Assembly: GCF_018350175.1 (NCBI RefSeq)
Contig: NC_058368.1
Location: 48,114,001-48,178,000 of the forward strand
DNA length: 64,000 nucleotides
Direction of reading: 5' to 3'
DNA from: Felis catus
Lineage: Eukaryota
Under the pieces are notes generated by a model. It worked only from the letters and a program-made list of their open reading frames with translations, ran no database searches and was not told the DNA's origin. How positions within the stretch are numbered: the first letter of the stretch is position 1; every line of letters starts with the position of its first letter. Shown piece by piece: positions 41,333-53,660 of this stretch. A program made the translations under genes and the position numbers.

Positions 41333-41565
41333 TTTTTTTTTCTTTTTCTTTTTTTTTTTTTTCAACGTTTATTTATTTTTGGGACAGAGAGAGACAGAGC
41401 ATGAACAGGGGAGGGGCAGAGAGAGAGGGAGACACAGAATCTGAAACAGGCTCCAGGCTCTGAGCCATCAGCCCAGAGCCCGACGCGGGGCTCGAACTCA
41501 CGGACCGCGAGATCGTGACCTGGCTGAAGTCGGACGCTTAACCGACTGCGCCACCCAGGCGCCCC
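41333..41565 (-). mobile_element. Young felid Can-SINE
   Basis: TSD tgactaatttttttaa at 41317-41332 and 41567-41582. Confidence 0.97.
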
Positions 41566-41573
41566 ATGACTAA

Positions 41574-41672
41574 TTTTTTTAAAGTAAGCTCGATGCCCAG
41601 TGTGGGGCTTTGAACGCATGACCCTGAGATCAAGAGTCACATGCTCTATGGACTAAGCCAGCCAGGTGTCCC
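41574..41672 (-). mobile_element. Short old Can-SINE
   Basis: accctgagatcaagagtcacatgctctatggactaagccagccaggtgtccc. Confidence 0.88.
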
Positions 41673-41946
41673 ATGACTTATGTTGTTTTCATGGAACTTT
41701 AATTCCTTTAGTGGGCATGTAATCTCCAGTTTGCGACCCCCACCACTCCATTATCTTGCTCCAACTAGCTATATTTGTTGCAATTATTTGTTTGGTCTTT
41801 GAGGCATGATGGAATCATTCTTTTTGTTTCTTCCTGAAGAGTTTATAGTATTAAGAAATGATAGAATTTGATTTCCCCATAGAGTATTTCACTACATAAA
41901 TTTTTAAACCAACTACTCTGTTGTAAAGATTCTATTTATTCTAGCC

Positions 41947-42134
41947 CAGTGGTTCACAAGGTGTGAGCCCTGGACCTGATGTATCAACATCTCCTGAGAA
42001 CTTGTCAGATATACAAATTCTCAGGCCTTACCCTAAATCTACTGAAATGAAGTCCTGGGGGTGGTGTCCAGTAATCTGAATTTCAACAAGTCCTTCAGGT
42101 GATTGAGATGCATATACGAGTTTGAGAAACACTG
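41947..42134 (+). mobile_element. MER5A-like hAT-Charlie MITE
   Basis: Termini cagtggttcacaa and ttgagaaacactg, with ttctag in both flanks. Confidence 0.85.
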
Positions 42135-42469
42135 TTCTAGAACATATTATACTTTGGGGATGATAATCCACTGGAGAAAAATCTGTCATTGAGAACTAAC
42201 AGTAATCCTCAGATTAGTCCTTAGTTCTCTGTTCTTTCCTTTTAATACTGTCTTGGAACGCATATTCTGGCAAAGTTTTAATTGATGCCCTCTTGCGGCT
42301 GTGAGAATTCCCAAATGTATAACTATATCCCTGACCTGTTGTTCATTCTGGCTTTTTATTATTGTTTCATTCCAGGATGACTCAATTATATAATGTTCTG
42401 AAATTATTAGAAATTATATTTCTCATCGTGGCTTTCTACCTTTCCTCTTCATCATCAGTGACCCTGTTG

Positions 42470-42881
42470 CAGGACTGGATTTAGCTAGGATAAGTGGAAT
42501 GAGTCACTGACCTCAGGTGCAAAATTAAAGGGGGCACCAAAAATCTTAGTAATTAAAATAAATAATATTTCAATTAAGTATTTTTCAAAGTTCAAATTAA
42601 TGTAAGAAAATCCATGATGAATAAAATAAAAATTTTTTGAAAGACAGGATTAGTGCCTTATACCAAGTCATATTGGCTTGAGGCAAAAGGAAAAAATAAT
42701 ACTGATCCTGCCTCAATTTAAACTTTGATATTTTGTTCATTATGAATATTTTTGCATAAGTTTTTATTTTAAAAAGTGCTATATTAAAATATTATCTGTC
42801 TTAAGTACTGAGATTTTAATTCCCACTTAAATTTTGTGTCCAACGCACAACTTGGACCTTTCACGCTTTACCATATCCCTG
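42470..42881 (+). mobile_element. MER96B-like hAT element
   Basis: cagg...gcaaaattaaagggggcaccaaaaa start, internal inverted repeat and ...ccctg end. Confidence 0.7.
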
Positions 42882-43471
42882 AAGACCGGGGTGTCAAGCA
42901 TTTCTCCTATGCCTTACATACGAATTCAGTTTTTTCAAAGTACTGCTTACTCTCTTCTCTTCTCAGAAGTCTCTGCTGATTACAGCAGGAAAGAACATTG
43001 ATTAAATGCAGTGATTTGAGAGGCACTGAAAAGTTGCTTGACCTGTCAAACTCATCTTCTGCCTTTGTTTTAGGTTATTATGACATAGTTGATACTTTGG
43101 TCCCAGGGGAAATAAAACACATTTTGGCTTCATGCTCCAAAAGGATTACAGACAAAAGTCTTGGATCCCATAAAGCTCCTTCGTATTGGATCAACAAACG
43201 ATGGGTCCTGGAGAGCAAGTTCCCAGGTGAGAGGAGGTTGAGATGGAAAGGAGGAACATGGAGGACAGGAGAAACACCACCACTTTCCCTGGCCCGATGG
43301 CTCTGTCCTCATCATGTCTATAATATTCGCATACCCAGTGTGCACTAAACAATCTTATACTTGCCCATAGACTGCTTTGTAATCAGTCTGTAGATGAATC
43401 AGATGTGTATATTGATATTTACCAACTGCATGTCTTAATTTTAGGGATCATGTTTTCTAACCTCCCCCTCC

Positions 43472-43565
43472 TTTCTAGTAGGCTCTATGCCCAATGTGGG
43501 GCTTGAACTCACAATGCCTACATCAGGAGTTGCATGCTCTATGGACTGAGCCAGCCAGGTGCCCT
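43472..43565 (-). mobile_element. Short old Can-SINE
   Basis: gtaggctctatgcccaatgtggggcttgaactc...actgagccagccaggtgccc. Confidence 0.85.
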
Positions 43566-44914
43566 TGTTTTCTTTCTTTTATTGTGTTCTTTTCTTTGAA
43601 TATGATGAACTAAGAAGCCATTCCAGAAGCATCATCTAGGCTTCATCTGGCTTCAGTCAGTCTTTTCTTTATTCAGTTCACAGTACACTTGAAATCAAAT
43701 AGAATTGAGGAGATATCATTGAATGAAGCAACTCAGCATTAGAAGAAGTCAAAAGCCTGGTCAACTTTGGTGTCTACTAATTGCTGACAGTTACATGGAG
43801 ACAACCTCAACTCTCTAGGAGCTTCTGAAGCATGGAGGTTAGATGCCTCCAATACAGACATATATAAATAGTACAGATAAAATAACTTAAAACTTTATTA
43901 TCAATATATCAGAGTAAATTCACAGTTCAATCACATTCTCAAGGAATATCAGTGTTTCTTTCATATGTTTCCAAACCAAATGTTACATGTACCCACAGCC
44001 AAACTCGTGGGTCTTTGAAGATGCAAGCATTCTGAGCACAAATTTACCTGTCATGCAAAAATTCCAAAACCCAGCCCACAAACATGCCCTTCATAAATCA
44101 CCAAGAAGTCTCTTCAGTAGTGATATACTATATGAATTAAATTGTCAAGTGTTTTCCTTTTATAGCAATTGATTCAATATCTTTTAAAGTCCTCAAAGCT
44201 GTCAGGTTTCTACAGTTTGAACTCCAAATAATAAACTTATGCCTTTTTTTTGTATTTAGAAGTTTACAACATAGAATTTCAAGCTCTGACCTGTTGAGAA
44301 AGTTACTTTAGTAGAATGAGATTTTATTACTATGGCAACTTAATAGGATAAAGGTATTAAGAGTAATTTTCCCTAGCACTCTCAGAGAACTTGCCATTTA
44401 TGACTCGAAATAACTGTCTTACATTAAAAAATATACAGAGAGAGGGAGATTATCTTTAGATGGAGCATTTCTTTTTATATTCTTTTATATTCTAGAATGA
44501 ATAGAAAGAATCTGTACAGCAAGCATCCTTTGGAACGTTTTTGCGCCAGTGAAAATGGTTCCGCTTTTGTGGGGCTTTGTGCCATCAAGACAGCAAATAT
44601 GCCAATCCACTCAGCTTGGCTCAGCACCTGCCATAAGCGAGGAGGAAACTGCGTCAACTGTGTGACGACTTAATTTGTTTTGAGCTGATAATAGCCATGA
44701 GAGATGCCAACAAGTGATGGCAATTTCCACGTCCTTGTGACTCACAGAGATTCACCTAGAAAGCCACGTGTATGTCTTCTGGAGGATAATGCCCCATTGC
44801 ACAGTTCACGGGGATATGGGGTACAGAGACCTCACTGCGGTTGACCTCCAAATCTGTGAAGTACAGTAGCACTGGAGCACAGATGCAGGACACGATATCT
44901 CTTTCTACATAGTA

Positions 44915-45069
44915 CAGTAAAACCTTGGATTGTGAGTAACCTGTTCTGTGAGTGTTCCTCAAGACGAGTAAACATTTCTAATAAATTTTGACTTGATAAA
45001 CGAGCGGTAACTTGCAATACGAGTAGTACGCGACACCGAACATCACACGACGACAACTGAGGCAATGGT

Positions 45070-45110
<41 letters not shown>

Positions 45111-45711
45111 GGATTGTGAGTGATCGTCTCCTACGCTCAGGTGCTCCGTCTCAGGCCACAGTGTTTGGCAGAAATCAGGGAATTTTCAGAACGCTGTAAG
45201 GTGCGCATAACTGGCACTAGTGTATTTTTTGTCACTTCAAAGCACCTATGGACAGTCTTGGCCTTTCCATGCAAGAGTAGGCTTAGGAATGCTTTGCTTC
45301 ATTCTAGGTCCAGCTGCCTGCAGATATAGACCCTTTCCTCTGCTGCCTATTGCCAGTTACATTCAATAGAGTATATGACAAGAGTTTATTAACACTATAC
45401 TGTAGTCGACATCCGTTAGTGATAGTCACCCTACACAATTACCCTCCTCTCTTTTGTCTCTCTCACATCAGCCACAGAGGTTTTCAGAGTTAAGTGCAGG
45501 TTAATTTATTTTTTAACATTTTGTATTTTCTTTATTATTTTACATTATATTGCAGTATTATAACCATTTTTATATGAATATTTTTGGGTTGTGGACCTAA
45601 TCATTTGAGTTTCAATTATTTCTTAGGGGGAAATTCATTTTGATATACAAGTGCTTTGGATTACAAGCATGTTTCTGGGACGAAATCTGCTCACAAACCA
45701 AGGTTTTACTG
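44915..45711. mobile_element. Non-autonomous Tc1/mariner (Tigger-like) element, 797 bp
   Basis: 22-bp TIR cagtaaaaccttgg[a/t]ttgtgag with one mismatch. TA at both flanks (44913-44914 and 45712-45713). Internal (CT)n. Confidence 0.9.
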
Positions 45712-46032
45712 TATATTTACAGAAGACTCAGCAGAAGAGTACCTGGACACTAGGAAGGACTCACACTGGTATCACGCATCTACTTTTCAAGACTGTGAAG
45801 CCCATGACCCGAAGGAGGAAAGACGCCCTCCTATGGCAGTCTTGTCCTTCTGGGGAACATTCAAGTCACAATAGGAGGAAGCTCAGGCCTTCAGAACCAT
45901 TTTGCACAACACGGGGTATAAACAAGTCGTGAGGCAATTTAGAGTGGTATGAGGTTAAAAGGGACTTTATGTTTTAAAAGCTTTAAAATGATCTGCCAGC
46001 ATCATCACGGCAGAAATGGGAAAGAAAAATGA

Positions 46033-46098
46033 TGTGCGTGTGTGTGTGTGTGTGTGTGTGTGCGTGTGCACACGTGTGTGTGCATACATGTGTGTGTT
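46033..46098. repeat. (GT)n microsatellite
   Basis: Visible GT run. Confidence 0.93.
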
Positions 46099-48702
46099 TT
46101 GTTTGGTTCTTGGTTCTTCCTCTCGATTTCATCCTTCCACGGTTTGTCTGCTACTACAATGTCTGCTGAGGGTGAGTCAATTCTCTTTCAGTTGGATATA
46201 ATTTGCAGGCACATTATCCTGTCTAATAGGAACAAAAAGCAGCCAGAAAGATTTCCTGAGGAGCAGCTGGCACATGCAAATATGAGGCTGCTCATTTTAA
46301 TTTTGGTTGTCATGACATTTCCTCAATTACCTCATTGACCTGAATCACACTTCCTTGCAAGGCTTTCAGCCTTACTGTCTGGAAGATACAGACTTGTTTC
46401 TTATTTTGATAGCCTAAAGAAAAACCATGAGCACGTCTGGATGTTATGGTTCTCTCAAATGTTGGGCATATGCAGAAAATGTCATTTGAATTTGTAACAT
46501 ACCAAGAGTATAATTGAACAAGCCTGCCAGTCAAATATCCAGTGGGTTTATTTCTTTGCCAAAGAGCCATTCTTGGATGATATCTTCATTTTACAAAAGC
46601 GAGAAAGATAGGCTCACAAACAATAAAAGTAGAGGGCGCAAAGTACCTAAGGCTAAGAGAAATAATAAAACATGAGAATATTCATGTGAAGCCTACTTGA
46701 CAGCATGGACACAAATTTATGTATTTATAAAGCAGAAAAAGGTGTCTGCCCTCATTTCTCCAGGTAGATGCTTAAGAAATGCCATCCCCATCTTCGTTAT
46801 AGCTGGCATTACAGGAGCGGTAACCGCTCTCAGTTGTGTTTCAAAACATAGAGCAGAAAAAAGGTTGGTCCAGTCTTTGCAATCACTGTAATTTGTCTTT
46901 AGGAAGACAACCAGTACGCACTTGAGCTCTTTTTTGGTGATACTATCAAGGATTTTAGTATGCCTTAGACAAATACATTAACCAGCCACTGGCACATAAA
47001 TATATGAGAAACAAATTAAAAATTTGTTTAAACAAATTAGAGATTTGTTCTCATAACAAGAGCTATGGCATAGTTTTCAGGAATAAAGAGATATAAGTAG
47101 CTCTGATCGGCATACACACGGCCAAATAGTTATATATAATTAACCTTTGGGGAGCTACTATGGCAAAATAAGTGGAATCAATCATTATAATAAGTTTCTA
47201 CTTATATTATGAGTACATATGAAAAAAATTAAGTTTCTTTTCTTATTAGCTATGTTCTCCCATGCATTGCTAGTGGCCAGAGTTTACGAAACTAGTTACT
47301 GGCAGAAACGTGGACAAACACAAGTGGAAACTCAGTTCATTTTCATTATGTCCAGCCTATGAAAAAAAAATTCAGACTGGTCTTTCCCAGAAGCGTTGAG
47401 GGTACACCGTGTCTAAGATCAGATGGTCAGGTGTGCAGCCTTTGTGAATAGGCCTGTTCTGCTAATATTTACCAAAACCCACAAGTTCCTGTAGCTGGAA
47501 GATCTAGGAGCGAGCCTATTGTTTGAGCAAACTGAAGCTTTCTTTGGAAAATCTTGGCAGTGGGAAGTACATTTGCGTATTTATTTATAACAACTGTCAT
47601 ACATTTTTCTCTCTAAAGAAAAATAAGTCTTTAATTTGCTATTGAACTTGTTCAGTTGACGGAAAATTTTTTTACGCAGCGAATTCATGTATAAAACATG
47701 ACACAGGAACAAACTACCAGTACTATATGGAAATCTTCTGTAAGAAAGATCTTTTTGGTTTGAGTCATTTACATCGGAAACACAAAGATGATCTTGTTGA
47801 GAGCAATGTTGTATGAAGTGGATGGCTGAAATAATTTTCAAGTTTCATCTCTTTAGAGACCAGATAATATGATAGTAAATGAAAACAAACACATGGTGAT
47901 AATTTTAGGAATGGGTTTGCAACCCAGTTATGACAACATTTTTTTCATAGGTCTCCTAGTGTGGTGTTTTCCAAATATCCAAGAATACTAGAAAACGCAT
48001 TACAGAGATATATGACCTACATTATCTGCATGACTTTTAGATCAGATGCACCTGCCAGCATATACAATTTCCTATCTTGGTACTTTAGCAATGCCTTAAT
48101 GTACACACTTGTCCATATGGAGAAGCCGTCTGAGGAAGGAACCTAGCTTATCAAAGCACTCTATCCTCGGTCCAGATTCTAGAAGGCTACCAAACCCCTT
48201 TATTTTTTTCAGACTATCCTGTACTTGCCTAACTGGCTACACCCTGGTCTCTGGGTTCCACAATCACTCCTTTAAAGTTTTGGGACTGGGTCAAATCGGA
48301 AAGCCCATGGTTACACCAGCAGGCCCTTTTAGCCTAAAATATGTTTCAAAAATTCTGAATGCTGCTTACATCCCCTTTCTCCTGACCCCATACTTATTTG
48401 AAACCAGAGCAGACTTCAGTATTTTTGCACTAGCCTAAAACTACATTTCAACAGTGATCTGGAGACCTTCAAATAAACCTATATCCTCCAAAATGGACCT
48501 AAGTTTTCTGAGCAGGTCTTGGCTAGTTAAGCAGCAGTCAAGAACTCTCTGGAGACAAAACAAAACAAATACAATACTCTGCCAACTAATTATCTTGCTG
48601 ATTGTTGATAAGGAGTTTTACGTTTCCATACCTTCCTTCTCTCAACATGATAAATTGTTCTGGTATTAGTTTAGCCATATTAGGGCAAAGGCTCTGTGTC
48701 TT

Positions 48703-48938
48703 GGGGCACCTGGGTGGCTCAATTGGTTAAGCCACTGACTTCGGCCCAGGTCATGATCTCATGGTTTGTCAGTTCGAGACCCACATTGGGCTCTGTGCTG
48801 ACAGCTTGGAGCCTGGAGCCTGCTTCAGATTCTGTGTTTCCCTCTCTCTTTGCCTAACGCTCCCTGCTGCCCCCCCCCCCCCCCACGGGCTCATGCTCTG
48901 TCTCTCTCTCAAAAAAAAACAAACATGAAAAAAAAAGA
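48703..48938 (+). mobile_element. Can-SINE with internal poly-C expansion
   Basis: ggggcacctgggtggctcaattgg head, flanked by tgtgtctt. Confidence 0.93.
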
Positions 48939-50217
48939 AAAGATGTGTGTCTTAGCCTATCTGTGCAAATATATTCTTTCTGCTTGAGTCTATCAAATAT
49001 TTTTATTTAGCTCCTTCTCTTGCTAAGCACTGTGTGAGGTGCTATGAATTATACAAAGAGGCAGAAGATCCAATCCTGAGTTTTGGGTTTATAATTCAGT
49101 TCATAAGACCAAATTAATTGAAGTTCAAAAAGCAATGGATTGCTAAATTATCTGGTACTGAATTTAGCATGCTGGAAGTTCACAGAAAATGAAAAGATGT
49201 ATGCGAGCCTAGCTAGGGAAGTTTCAATGAATAAAGTAACACAGGAACTATGTATTGAAGGAGGGTCTCGACAGGCTGACTGCTGGGAGGACTGCCTCCA
49301 GAAGAGGACCACTGTGACCATGTGTTTGCATATCCCAGGGTTGCCATGACTGCCTTCCATGTTTTTTGTACAGGGGTAGTGCCCAAAAAGTTACAAAGCC
49401 TGGCTTCCCACGGATTTTCACGATAGCAAAAGTCATGCTAAGGTGTCACTAAGGTGTCACTAAGGATATTACAGTGTTATAGAGTTTGAGTTTGAAGATA
49501 CCCTAGAGATCACTCTCCAACCCTCTTTCAGATTAGAGTGAGGAGCATTAAGCTGTACTGGAAGTACTGTCTCATCTGCTTTGCTGCAGACTCTGATCAT
49601 GCTGGACTTCCTTCTAGACCTCCTCAGTTGTAGACACCCTGCAGCCCGCATCCTGCTACTTGGAGTGCTTCCGAGTCCTGCCAAGGTGTGACAGGACACC
49701 TGGGATGGGGAGCCTTTTCTGTGCCAGCAACACTCAGCAGTGAGTGGAGACCACAGGCCTTCCAGGGCCTTGTGAGGAAGCAAATACATGACAGTGACTA
49801 TAGTGAGTGTGAAGCCACAGGAATGTCCTGCTTTACTCTCTTTCCATGTGAAATTCAGTCCTTGGACTAAAATTGAAAAAACAAAAAATCTTACGAACAT
49901 AGATGTGGAGAAAGACTGTCATTTAAAAGTTGCAAGCCATATTCTACCTTTAGAGAGAGGCTTGAATTTATATAGCAGACTGGAGAAACCTTTTAGGGGG
50001 CCTTGTTTGTTATGTAAAAGATAGAGCAGAAGTTTCCCCTAGTTCTTAAAGAAAAACCCGAATACAGTGAAATAATTAGATTTAGATGTTTCAAACTAAA
50101 AAGTTGAGTTCCCTCCTGCTTCATGTAAATGTAGTGTATGTTTTAGCACTTGCTACCTAGAGGCTAATGTTCGTTTTGTCTGTGCTGAATTAGACTCTTC
50201 TGGCATATTTATTATTG

Positions 50218-50945
50218 AGTGGCCTCGGAGAGTGGTTTCCTGTCTGAGGTGCCCCCAACCCCCCAGAAAAGTTGGAGCCATTTCGGTGAGGAATGGCTTC
50301 AAGTAAGAAAATACTTTACCCTGGAGGAGTCAAGAAATTCACGGGGATTGGTGTATGCAACCTGGGCTAAAAAAAATTGGTGTCTATTTATGACTGAATA
50401 AGCCAGATTTGGGGAAATACATTAAAGTTGGAGTGCCATATACGGGTCAGGTTGAGGCCATGGGGCCGGACCCACTCCTAAAGGTGGGAGTTGTGGTTTC
50501 CTTTAAAAGTAGTGAATGATCCATGGCCCATCACTCCAGGATGAGGTGGATCTTGGGACTACAAGTAAGAAATCAGGACTGTGGGCTTTAGACTGTTAGG
50601 TTTGGGGAGGTATTGGGATATTTTCTTATTTCTCTGAAACCTCATGGGATCCAAGTAAAGTAAACATGCTAGAAGGTACACCTGTTGAAGGGGGTCTGGG
50701 TGTTCCTTTTCCACTTGGTAGCAGACTGGGAGGAAGGCAGAGAAGCATCATTTAGGGACTCTCTAAGGAATGTCATTCCTGCCTTGGGGCTGAGGGATCT
50801 GAGCACACCCATGTGTAACATAATTTACACTGTATGCAATTAGTCCCTTCTATTTTCCATAAACTTTCAATAAAACCTGATTGGACATTACTCTCTGGTC
50901 TCCTCTTTGCTGGAAGGAGAAGGCAGTTCCCCTTCCGAGGCCACA
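50218..50945 (+). mobile_element. Probable ancient solo LTR
   Basis: 11-bp inverted termini gtggcctcgga (50219-50229) and tccgaggccac (50934-50944), CA 3' end and AATAAA at 50869. Confidence 0.55.
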
Positions 50946-51424
50946 GTCCTGGTGATCTTGGTGGTCATCCGCTGTTATGAACTGAATGTTTGTGCTGGTG
51001 TGATGAGTAAATGCACAAAGAAGACTACGAGGGACCCAAACCTGAGCAATTGTGGGAGAAAGCCATCATCTCCTCTTTGAAAGGGCCCAAAGACACTTTG
51101 AAATTGATTAATTATGGTGAACAGGTAGGTAGGGCTCCAGCTATCATTTGGGGAACTTTAAAAGGAAATACGATCTTTACATTCATATGTATCAGAGTCT
51201 TAAACATTTAATTTTATATTATTTGCATAGTAAGTACCAAAGACTGCTCCCTTCTTCACGGAGGGTCACAGTAAATCATCATGCCACTGACTATTTTCCA
51301 GGATCTCTGGAATTATTTCCTTAGTTAAAAAAAACCATGGTGTGACTCCTGAGTAGTCTTCACCTGGGGGAGGAGTGTAATGGGAACCCTTTGCAGCCTA
51401 GCCAAGGCTCACTCCTCACCATAC

Positions 51425-51480
51425 CTCTTAATTGCTTTAGCTGGTCACTTGAGAGGAGTCTGATCAATTGCAGAAGGAAC
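51425..51480 (-). other. Candidate exon (56 nt; FLLQLIRLLSSDQLKQLR)
   Basis: ctctag| acceptor and GAG|GTATGG donor; phase-compatible with the 55745-55862 exon. Confidence 0.25.
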
Positions 51481-52619
51481 CTAGAGGCTTTTGGGAGAAA
51501 GGGACCCCAGCCCTGTTCATTCATCTCTTTGGGTGGACCAGTATGGGTAGACCAAAGTGTACAGGAAATGCACCAAGATTCTTCAAACAGAAACATACCA
51601 AAAAAATGAGGTATGGGCAGGGGTGGTTATTACCCTTGACATATACCAGACAAAGGCTATTTTAGAAAAAAACAAAAACAAAAACAAAATAGAACATATG
51701 GCTGAAATTGGCATGCCCTCAGGATCCAGATATTGATGGCATAGTGTTGTGGTTTTGGAACAAAGGCTGAGTGTTTGAACATGGGATACTCTATGGTTTA
51801 GGTATGAGGTATCATTGCAGGATGGACATGCTTTTGCAGTACTGTGCAGGGCTAGTTTTAAACAAGGGCATTCAGTGGGAGCAAAAAAGCAAAGCAGTAA
51901 TGTAAGATCAAACTCTTTCCCCCATGGTACTGAGTAAACCTTGAGCTTCTTAAACTTAAAAGGGGTCTGTATATGTGTGGGAGGTTTCCCAGGAGAGGTC
52001 TCAAGAGTGAGATGCCAGACTTCCCACTAACAAGTCATGTGGATGCTCTTTGGAAAAACAAAAGAATATGACTGCTTTGTATCCCTTTGTTAATGAATCA
52101 GGGCATGCTTATTACCATAAAATTAAAAAGAAATCACAATGTTACACTGTGTAGGGTAATCCAAAATCACAACACATATTGAGATTTCTCTTTTATGTTT
52201 ATAACTTAAATGTGAGATCCAAAGAACCCGGGATTACCAGAAACCCTAGAAAACTGAAAGAAGATTTGGTCTCATCTAGGTGGTTTATGAGAGTGTCATA
52301 GCACAGAAATTTTCTTGCATGGCTGACTGCAGACTAATTCCTAAATTTCCCTCTTGAATGATTTCAATGGAATTCTGAAAGAATATATATAATAAGAATG
52401 CTGGGTAATTTGTCAGCCTGTGGCTTCTCATTATATAGTTGATTCAATATTTTAGTTTGTTGCATTTATATGCCTCTTTATAATTGACAGAGCACTTTCT
52501 CGTATATTATTTTGTTTGTGCCTCACAGCAACACGGATGGATGTGTAGAATAGTGACTATTAATTCCTTTTAATACCTGAGGACACTGGGGCCCAAAGAG
52601 ATTAAACAATATAACCATA

Positions 52620-53205
52620 AATGAGTGTAAGAAAGTTTAAATTTAAAAAATAGATACTTCATAATTACAAAGGGAAAATACTAACTTAACTGTGAAGACA
52701 TGGCAGATACCACTTTAACCAAGTGATCAAGGTGAACAACACCAATAATGAGAAAAATCAATATCATGTATTTCCTGACATGACATACGTCACTTACATA
52801 GGATTCTCCCCGAAATACCAATCTGGATCATGACTAAAATAGCAGACACACTCAAACTGAGGGTCATTCTACCAGATTAGCCAGTAGTATTCGAAGGGTC
52901 AAGATCATAAAAGGCAGAGAAAGACTGAAGAACTGTTCCAGATTGTGAGAGACTAAAGAACAATAGCAACTAAATGCTATTTGGCAACCTGGATATTAGA
53001 CCTGAAAAAGAACATTAGTGGGACAATTTGTGAAATTTAAATAAGATCTGTAGATTAGTTAGTGTTAATTTCCTGATTTTGCTAATTGTACTGTGGTTAT
53101 GTAAGATGTTAACATTTGGGAAAGTGGTGAGAAAGGTACACGGGAACTTTGTGTACTGTTTTTGCCACTTTTAGAAGAGTCTGAAATTATTTCAAAATCA
53201 AAGTC
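52620..53205 (+). mobile_element. L1MC-like 3' end
   Basis: accactttaaccaagtgatcaagg and gggaactttgtgtactg...tctgaaattatttcaaaat. Confidence 0.8.
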
Positions 53206-53316
53206 AAAGTAAATTAATAAGTAGATTTTCTCCTGAAGTGAAACCAATTTGTATCTTCAATGACAATTTACATAAAGTTCAAAATCAACTGAAATCTGAC
53301 TAAATGGAGCATTTTT

Positions 53317-53403
53317 TTCCAACTTTTTATTTAAATTCTAGTTAGTTAACATGTAGTGTAATATTCGTTTCTGGAGTAGAATTTAGTGATTCATCACTTA
53401 GAT
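53317..53403 (-). mobile_element. Extremely 5'-truncated carnivore L1 (87 bp)
   Basis: ttatttaaattctagttagttaaca terminus. Perfect 16-bp TSD taaatggagcattttt at 53301-53316 and 53404-53419. Confidence 0.85.
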
Positions 53404-53489
53404 TAAATGGAGCATTTTTGCATTGTTTAAACCTATGGATGACCCTCCTATGGGACTCCTCTACATTCTACTGTAGCATTCTGGAAAGA

Positions 53490-53660
53490 TATAGAACATG
53501 GTGGTAAAGACCACAGCCCTTGGATTTGGATAGTCTTGCCATTTTCTACGTATGTGAATGTCAGTTTCCCTGACTGGAAAGTGGGATAAGTAATAGTATA
53601 GGATTGTTGAGGAATTGAATGCATCAGCGCATGGTAAGTTCATGCCACAGTGTGAGGTAT
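53490..53660 (+). mobile_element. MIR
   Basis: tcagtttccctgactggaaagtgggataag...aggattgttgaggaattgaatg. Confidence 0.6.

Noticed and set aside
47581..47841. 86-aa ORF with a faint hAT-transposase feel and possible splice sites on both strands
   Set aside because: The similarity is too weak, and no TIRs or consistent exon model were found.
49438..49465. 11-bp tandem ctaaggtgtca repeat (similar short duplications near 33075-33135, 54810-54850 and 56249-56297)
   Set aside because: Ordinary slippage duplications with no spacer structure.
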